Below are positions 58,778 to 64,000 of a stretch of DNA of 64,000 nucleotides, piece after piece (position 1 is the first letter of the stretch; every line of letters starts with the position of its first letter). The position numbers and the translations under genes were made by a program. The notes under the pieces were generated by a model that saw nothing but the letters and a program-made list of their open reading frames with translations, did not search any database and had not been told where the DNA came from. The DNA is from Actinomycetota bacterium (GTDB lineage Bacteria > Actinomycetota > Aquicultoria > Aquicultorales > Aquicultoraceae): the NCBI GenBank assembly GCA_014859275.1, contig JACUUO010000001.1:13865-77864 (forward strand), read 5' to 3'.

Positions 58778-59135
58778 CTCGCTTTCCTTAAGTATAACCA
58801 CTCCAGCCCAATTTGCCAAGCCTTGTATGCCTGCCAGGACACCACAAACCCCTCACATGGTAACCTAGCTCGATTAGTGGTAAAATAATCCAAGCAGTAT
58901 TCCACAGTCAGCGCGAATCCGTTATCAAGCATTATGGATAATAAACCGCGGGATTTCATACCCCTGGTCGATACAGATTAAACCGCCCACCTTAGCGTTC
59001 ACCGGGAAAACATAGCAAAAATATAGAAAATACGATTTAGATCCTCCAGAGCCCCCGGCTCTTCAGGATGACAAATTGGTGAATTGCAAAATCCCTGAGA
59101 ATATAAGATCAGTGACAAGCTGGATTAACCACCCA

Positions 59136-59705
59136 CTAGTTCTTAGGCATCGATAAATGAGTCATCGGATCTATAGATAGCAGAAATGCATATGGATTAA
59201 CCGCCTCTTTGCCGCCCGGGTGGATCTGGAGATGAAGGTGTGGTGCGCCCCTGGCATTTCCGGTATCGCCGACATAGCCGATAATCTGCCCGGCCTTAAC
59301 ATACTGACCGACCTTTAAACCATCGGCATATCCATAGAGATGGGCATAGTAGTACTTATTTCCGCTATCGCCGCTTAACCACAAAGAAATCCCGCCTAGG
59401 ATGTTCTCGCCCATTTTTGAGATAATCCCGCCTTCAATTGCCAGCACACTAGTCCATGGCAACGCCATTATATCGGTTCCCTCATGTGTGTGCTCATATG
59501 CAGTACCCCTCATCCTCGGCGCTCCCCAGCTATCCACATAAGTATACGGAGGCGCGACCGGAAAAACGAATCCGCTTGTTGCGGCAATTGTACCAGATGA
59601 GGCTGCAACAAAAATGTCTCGCTGCGGAAATTCGGCGAGGATGTCTCGCTGTTCCACCAGCGTCCTCACCAGATTTTGCTTAGTTAGTTCGAGGTTATCG
59701 ATCAA
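59136..59705 (-). CDS. M23 (LytM) family metallopeptidase, catalytic part
   Basis: 189 aa. HEGTDI and GDTGNARGAPHLHLQIH (H-x-H) are present. There is no signal peptide of its own. The TTG start overlaps the preceding ORF. Confidence 0.85.
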   Translation of the reverse strand: MIDNLELTKQNLVRTLVEQRDILAEFPQRDIFVAASSGTIAATSGFVFPVAPPYTYVDSWGAPRMRGTAYEHTHEGTDIMALPWTSVLAIEGGIISKMGENILGGISLWLSGDSGNKYYYAHLYGYADGLKVGQYVKAGQIIGYVGDTGNARGAPHLHLQIHPGGKEAVNPYAFLLSIDPMTHLSMPKN

Positions 59706-59943
59706 TCTTTTCTGAATTATCGATAATCTCCTCCTCTTTCCTGCTCAAGTCCGCTATCGCCCTCTGAACTTCCCCGCCGAGTATTTTGAGCTTTTCGTTA
59801 GTAACGCACATCTGCCTGTATGCGGATGCATAATCATTGTTTCTGGGCAGAGCATATGAAAGTGGAGCTATACCGGCAAGCATAAGCAGGAATATAGTAG
59901 AAAACACAAGAGTTCTTATTGGAAGCTTTTTAAGTACCGCCAC
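59695..59943 (-). CDS. signal-anchor plus coiled-coil fragment, probably the detached N-terminus of the M23 peptidase
   Basis: 82 aa. It has a hydrophobic leader (LVFSTIFLLMLAGIAPLSYA) followed by a coiled-coil-like segment. It ends 11 nt inside the M23 ORF in a different frame. Confidence 0.5.
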   Translation of the reverse strand: MAVLKKLPIRTLVFSTIFLLMLAGIAPLSYALPRNNDYASAYRQMCVTNEKLKILGGEVQRAIADLSRKEEEIIDNSEKIDR

Positions 59944-60075
59944 GAATCAATCGTTCACCGCCATACTATAGAGTGAAATAGCCGGATAGAGGCACCCTAG
60001 ACCATCGGGCGAATTTATTCCCATTCTCCACCTTAACCAAACCAGGTTTGTTCTTAACCGGTTAAAGATTGGCAA

Positions 60076-60110
60076 TAAAAATGCGCAGTCTGCTCGACCT
60101 GCGCATTTTT
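60076..60110. terminator. bidirectional intrinsic terminator
   Basis: AAAAA-ATGCGCAG-tctgctcgac-CTGCGCAT-TTTTT forms an 8 bp stem flanked by an A-run and a T-run. It lies 24 nt downstream of the stop at 60134. Confidence 0.7.
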
Positions 60111-60133
60111 AGTCATGTTAATAAATGATAGCT

Positions 60134-60370
60134 TTAATCATTGATCGTTCGAGGATATATCTGCGATGTGCTTCCAATAAGATTGGCGTGGAAAATGCTG
60201 CATGATGTGCACCTGCTTTTATCATTTCTTCTACAGCATGGTACATCCTCTTTTTCCCAGCAGTTCATTCCTTCTTTGTAAGCCGTGCAATTATGATAAT
60301 GGCTTGCCGGGCACCTTCTTAGGTCCGAGCAGATACTCTTTCTTTTTTGGCTAAGCTTATACACATTCAT
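60134..60370 (-). CDS. small Cys-rich protein, resembles the two-CW domain family
   Basis: 78 aa with 10 Cys. RRCPASHYHNCTAYKEGMNCWEKEDVPCCRRNDKSRCTSCSIF parallels, from memory, the CPA ... CW ... C ... C-x2-C pattern of two-CW domains. It has its own promoter, a GGAG SD and a terminator. Confidence 0.5.
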   Translation of the reverse strand: MNVYKLSQKRKSICSDLRRCPASHYHNCTAYKEGMNCWEKEDVPCCRRNDKSRCTSCSIFHANLIGSTSQIYPRTIND

Positions 60371-60387
60371 TATAACTCCAACCCCTG

Positions 60388-60420
60388 GGTGATTATATAA
60401 TCACCTAAATTGCTTACCAA
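60388..60420 (-). promoter_or_regulatory. promoter TTGGTA-17-TATAAT with an 18 nt perfect palindrome over the -10
   Basis: GGTGATTATATAATCACC (60388-60405) is a perfect palindrome containing the TATAAT (minus strand, 60397-60392). The -35 TTGGTA is at 60420-60415. Confidence 0.5.
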
Positions 60421-60712
60421 TAATATACCATAATATGGAAAATAATGTAAGCCCTAAGTATGATATTTTTTGTAATCCCTATTACAAAACCCTATCACTA
60501 CTGGCGTATGTGCTAATGAGAAAGCGGAAACAACCATAAGTTATAGAGGGGGAGGAAGAGCTCGGCAGCAGGACAAACCGGAAACCCTGAAGGAGAGCCT
60601 TTAAGGTGAGAATCTGAGCCCTTCCTCATTAAAATTATCGGCATTTACCACATATATCTGTATACTTTTTAATTGGTGCGATAAGGTTTATAACCTTATC
60701 TTAAGTCTCACT

Positions 60713-61762
60713 CTAAATATGCTCAAGCCTCTCTTTAGGGCTTAAAATCTCGGTTATTCTTATACCGAAGTTATCATCGATTACAACAACCTCGCCTCGG
60801 GCAATAACCGTACCATTGGCCAAAAATTCGACCGGCTCTGAGGCCAGCTTATCGAGCTCAATTACCGATCCCCTGCCTAGCTTTAGTATCTCCGCAATCG
60901 TCATCTGGGTCCTACCGAGTTCAACCGCTGCATCAAGGGCGACATCGAGGAGAAGCGAAATGTTGCTGGGACCACCCTCATCGCCCCCCTCATCCAGCGG
61001 ATCGAACTCCTCTGACTGCAAATCACGTGTCCTTGGTGCTTGCTCTATCCCAAAAGCATACGCTTCTTCGCCCGGCTTAAGAGGCACCTCCTGATCGCCC
61101 TGTTCGGTTTCTGAGCTCCCGCCCACTGTATCCTCGAGATTATCGCCTTCAATTGCCGACCGCTCATTTAGAAGAAGTTCAATTATCTGGCCGCCCAGAC
61201 CAACCGGCAGAAGGTAGCCCACCTTCACCACATCGTCCGGTAGCCTGAGTTCTGCCGATACGTGTAGCAGCTTCCCCTCCGGACATAGGATATCCATATC
61301 TTTAAAACCGGACTCGTCTTGTAAAATGACGGTATCAATTACTGAGCAATCTACACTGTGACCCATGCTATCGGCAAAATTTATTATTGCTTCAGAGATC
61401 GCATTATCGACCATCTCCCTGAGGTCTCCTAGTATCACCTCATAGTCTGCCTCAGTTTCCTTGTCATCATCAGGAACCACAATTTCTAGCACTTTAGATA
61501 CGCCTTCACCATCGATGAACAAGAGAAATTGCCCTTCCAGCCCCAGTGCACAGTCGATTTGCACAAGTAGAGCAGGAATCGAAGTAACGCTCGCGATCTC
61601 TGAAAGCTCCACTATCTCTACCGTAGGACTCACTCCTGTACCCGAGTCCAGCTTCTCTCCGAAAGCTCTCGTCAGAGATACCGTCATCAGGTCGCAGATC
61701 TCGCCGATGGCGCTTTTTTCCATATCTGAGAGTCCTACTATACCCTGTTCTTTGCCTTCCAT
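60713..61762 (-). CDS. fliY: flagellar motor switch protein FliY (CheC-like N-terminal region plus FliN C-terminal domain)
   Basis: 349 aa. It has an acidic linker and the FliN domain LGRTQMTIAEILKLGRGSVIELDKLASEPVEFLANGTVIARGEVVVIDDNFGIRITEI. Confidence 0.87.
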   Translation of the reverse strand: MEGKEQGIVGLSDMEKSAIGEICDLMTVSLTRAFGEKLDSGTGVSPTVEIVELSEIASVTSIPALLVQIDCALGLEGQFLLFIDGEGVSKVLEIVVPDDDKETEADYEVILGDLREMVDNAISEAIINFADSMGHSVDCSVIDTVILQDESGFKDMDILCPEGKLLHVSAELRLPDDVVKVGYLLPVGLGGQIIELLLNERSAIEGDNLEDTVGGSSETEQGDQEVPLKPGEEAYAFGIEQAPRTRDLQSEEFDPLDEGGDEGGPSNISLLLDVALDAAVELGRTQMTIAEILKLGRGSVIELDKLASEPVEFLANGTVIARGEVVVIDDNFGIRITEILSPKERLEHI

Positions 61763-61774
61763 AGTGCGCCCTCC

Positions 61775-62764
61775 CTAATCAGCCACTCCCGTTGTTTTAA
61801 CTGCCAATCTTCTCCCGATTACCCCCAGCTGACCATAAAATTTAACCCTACCATTGACCAAAACCCTGATGTCATAGTCAGCGGGCGTATCGAGCCGTAC
61901 TGAGTCACCAGGTTTAAGCTGAAGCAGGTCGTTGATGCTTATCTTGGCCCTTCCAAGTTCTATCGATACCGGGAGCCTTACTTGATTAAGAGCTTCTTTA
62001 ACTTTACCACTTTCAGGCTTATCGCTACCTCGATGCTCAAACCCAGCAAAAAGCCATGTCTGCCTGGTTAATTTTGACATAATAGGCTCTAGCATCAAGT
62101 ACGGAAGACAAGTCCTCAGGATTCCAATCGCCTTACCCAGCCTCACTTCAAGCGTCGTAACCGCTACGATCTCATCCGGCGAAATACCCCGTAGAAGCTC
62201 GGAGTCTGTGTCCAGCGCCTCAATAGAGGGCTCAACACTATAAATCTCCGACCAGGCAACTTTGAAGGCCGTTAAGACTCTCTCGGCCACCCTTCTGACA
62301 ATTCCACACTCGATCTCAGTTAAATCTCGAGCCTTTGTTGGACGATCGCCCGCTCCACCAAGCAGCCTGTCCAGAATCAGGAAGGTGAGCTCAGAGCTTA
62401 TTTCTAAGATTGCGCTTCCAGGAAGGCCCTTCATAGTAAAAGTAATAAGAGAACTCGGGGTTGGGAGCGCTTCTATATATTCCTCAAATGATTTTTGCTC
62501 GATAGAGACGAGACTAAAGCTAACGCTCTTCCTCATATAGATTAAAAGAGCTGCTTTAAGATGGCACAAAAAGCCCTCATAAACCACCTTCATCGCGCTC
62601 AGATGACTTTTTGAAAACCTATTTGGGTGGCGAAAATTATAGGTGCGGACATGCTTGATGCCCATCGACGTTATTGCGGGCCCCTCTTCAGTACCAGTTA
62701 ATCCACCGCCGGATGTCGTAGACAAGAGCGCATTTATTTCATCTTGTGTAAGCGTTCCTGTCAT
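61775..62764 (-). CDS. fliM: flagellar motor switch protein FliM
   Basis: It has the CheY-P binding N-terminus LTQDEINALL, the FliM middle domain and a C-terminal SpoA/FliN-like domain. The ATG at 62764 (MTGTLTQDE) is preferred over the track start at 62782. Confidence 0.92.
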   Translation of the reverse strand: MTGTLTQDEINALLSTTSGGGLTGTEEGPAITSMGIKHVRTYNFRHPNRFSKSHLSAMKVVYEGFLCHLKAALLIYMRKSVSFSLVSIEQKSFEEYIEALPTPSSLITFTMKGLPGSAILEISSELTFLILDRLLGGAGDRPTKARDLTEIECGIVRRVAERVLTAFKVAWSEIYSVEPSIEALDTDSELLRGISPDEIVAVTTLEVRLGKAIGILRTCLPYLMLEPIMSKLTRQTWLFAGFEHRGSDKPESGKVKEALNQVRLPVSIELGRAKISINDLLQLKPGDSVRLDTPADYDIRVLVNGRVKFYGQLGVIGRRLAVKTTGVAD

Positions 62765-62909
62765 GATTAACCCCTGTTGCATCTATGGTAAAAAATGTCA
62801 CCGCACCGTAAATGTTGTAAAGTGGACATGCTCAATTTTACCATAGCTAATGAGCTAATCTACCGCCTTTTTGATTTCAGACTTGAGCTTATCTGTTATA
62901 GAGGAATGG

Positions 62910-63950
62910 TCAGACAACAGACCCTTCCTCTCCGCCACGGGTAATAATGATCTCGCCATCCTCTTCTAAGCAGTGAACTACGTTTATGATTTCCCGCTGC
63001 GCCTGCTCAACATCCCTTAAGCGCACCGGCCCGAGAAACTCCATACGCTCTCTGAGTGCCTCTCCAGCCCTCCGCGACATATTGGCAAATATATTCTCTT
63101 TGAGATCTTCGCTCACCGCCTTAAGTGCAAGTGCGAGCTTCTCATAGTCTACCTCTCCTAGCAACCTCTGAATCGCACAATCATCAAGACTGAAAATGTC
63201 TTCGAATGTAAATAGGCTCCATCGAATCTCGTTGGCAAGCTCCGGGGTCTCGCCTTCCAGTATTTTAAGGATCTCGCGCGTAGTTTCCCTGTCAACCCGG
63301 TTTAATATCTTTGCTACCGCTTCGAGTCCGCAGATCATTGTGTACTCATCGGCCCTAGCTAGGGATGATACCTTCGATTCCAGAATATTTTCTACCTCTG
63401 CGATAATATCCGGAGTGATCCTATCCATCAGTGCAATCCGCCTTATGACCTCGGCCCTAAGATTTGCTTCAAGCTGCCTTACTATTATTGATGCCTGCTC
63501 AGGTCGTAGGTGAGCTAGGACAAGAGCAATCGTCTGAGGATGTTCGTCCTCAAGAAAGCTTACTATTTCGTTAGGGTCGGTGTTGCGCAAAAAGTTAAAG
63601 GGCGCTACTTCAGGTGAGGTGGTGAGTCTTTCGATAACCTTCCTGGCCTTGTTTTTACCAAGGGCCCTCTCAAGCATATCAATAGCATGATCAAGGCTAC
63701 CTTGGGTTATAAACCCCTGCGCCTCATAGAGGTCATGGAACTCTTTAAGAACGTTGTCGGTCACTCCCTGAGAAAGCTTTCCAATACGTCCTACCTCGGC
63801 AGCTAGCATCTCGATCTCGACTTCGTTCAGCTCCTTTAAAACTCCAGCTGAAAGCTCCGAGCCGATTGCAAAAAGCAATGCGGCGGCCTTTTGCCTGTCT
63901 GATGTAGTTTGCCTTGAGCTGAATATGCGTTGTCTTATCTTTGCTGTCAA
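62910..63950 (-). CDS. fliG: flagellar motor switch protein FliG
   Basis: 346 aa. The armadillo-like repeats are present, together with the C-terminal torque-helix region MSRRAGEALRERMEFLGPVRLRDVEQAQREI. The TTG start overlaps the preceding stop. Confidence 0.95.
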   Translation of the reverse strand: MTAKIRQRIFSSRQTTSDRQKAAALLFAIGSELSAGVLKELNEVEIEMLAAEVGRIGKLSQGVTDNVLKEFHDLYEAQGFITQGSLDHAIDMLERALGKNKARKVIERLTTSPEVAPFNFLRNTDPNEIVSFLEDEHPQTIALVLAHLRPEQASIIVRQLEANLRAEVIRRIALMDRITPDIIAEVENILESKVSSLARADEYTMICGLEAVAKILNRVDRETTREILKILEGETPELANEIRWSLFTFEDIFSLDDCAIQRLLGEVDYEKLALALKAVSEDLKENIFANMSRRAGEALRERMEFLGPVRLRDVEQAQREIINVVHCLEEDGEIIITRGGEEGSVV

Positions 63951-64000
63951 TTGAGAACTACCTCCGGTATCGCTATGTATTCAGCCAAACCCTTAGCAAC
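63947..64000 (-). CDS. fliF: 3' end of an upstream gene, probably fliF (M-ring)
   Basis: My translation of the minus strand from the right edge gives VAKGLAEYIAIPEVVLN-stop, with the TGA overlapping the fliG TTG start. The assignment rests on fliF-fliG synteny only. Confidence 0.4.
   Translation of the reverse strand, partial: VAKGLAEYIAIPEVVLN

Noticed and set aside
58723-58959. 78 aa minus-strand ORF between the M23 peptidase and tilS
   Set aside because: It reads through the GACCC-GCAA-GGGTC-U8 terminator and into the tilS start. It has no SD or family resemblance. The region is more likely non-coding RNA or leader.

Overview
This 64 kb window is a bacterial chromosomal segment. About 58 of 61 recognisable genes lie on the minus strand; only argS, a BlaI-family regulator and one small Cys-rich ORF are on plus. 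Gene order follows the origin-proximal housekeeping synteny I recall from Bacillus and Clostridia. Left to right the minus-strand blocks are: atpZ-like, dCMP deaminase, glyA, rpiB, tsaC, prmC, prfA, DUF1385, rpmE, rho; then hom-thrC-thrB and lysA; then sigH, yacP, rlmB, cysS, gltX, ispF, ispD, yacL, disA, radA, clpC; then lysS, greA; then coaX, birA, nadCBA, folK, folP, folE, ftsH, hpt, tilS; and finally a compact flagellar switch block, fliF(partial)-fliG-fliM-fliY. ctsR/mcsAB, cysE, mrnC and folB are absent from their usual places. No rRNA, tRNA, CRISPR array, transposase or recognisable defence system was seen. Points worth a second look: (1) a polar, mosaic, BIME/REP-like intergenic repeat family (four large copies plus fragments) made of 7-8 nt tandem oligomers and GTAG-prefixed GC hairpins; (2) a bacterial copy of the archaeal cyclic 2,3-diphosphoglycerate pathway (2-phosphoglycerate kinase plus cDPG synthetase) embedded with a metallophosphoesterase and a GDE-type glucosidase; (3) a self-contained regulator plus two-enzyme operon of unknown function, one member resembling acyl-ACP reductase; (4) several structured or orphan non-coding regions (tilS leader, rpmE leader, a 600 bp gap with a Zur-box-like palindrome); and (5) a decayed nitroreductase and a split M23 peptidase. 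All product calls come from reading the supplied translations and my own translations. No database search was run.
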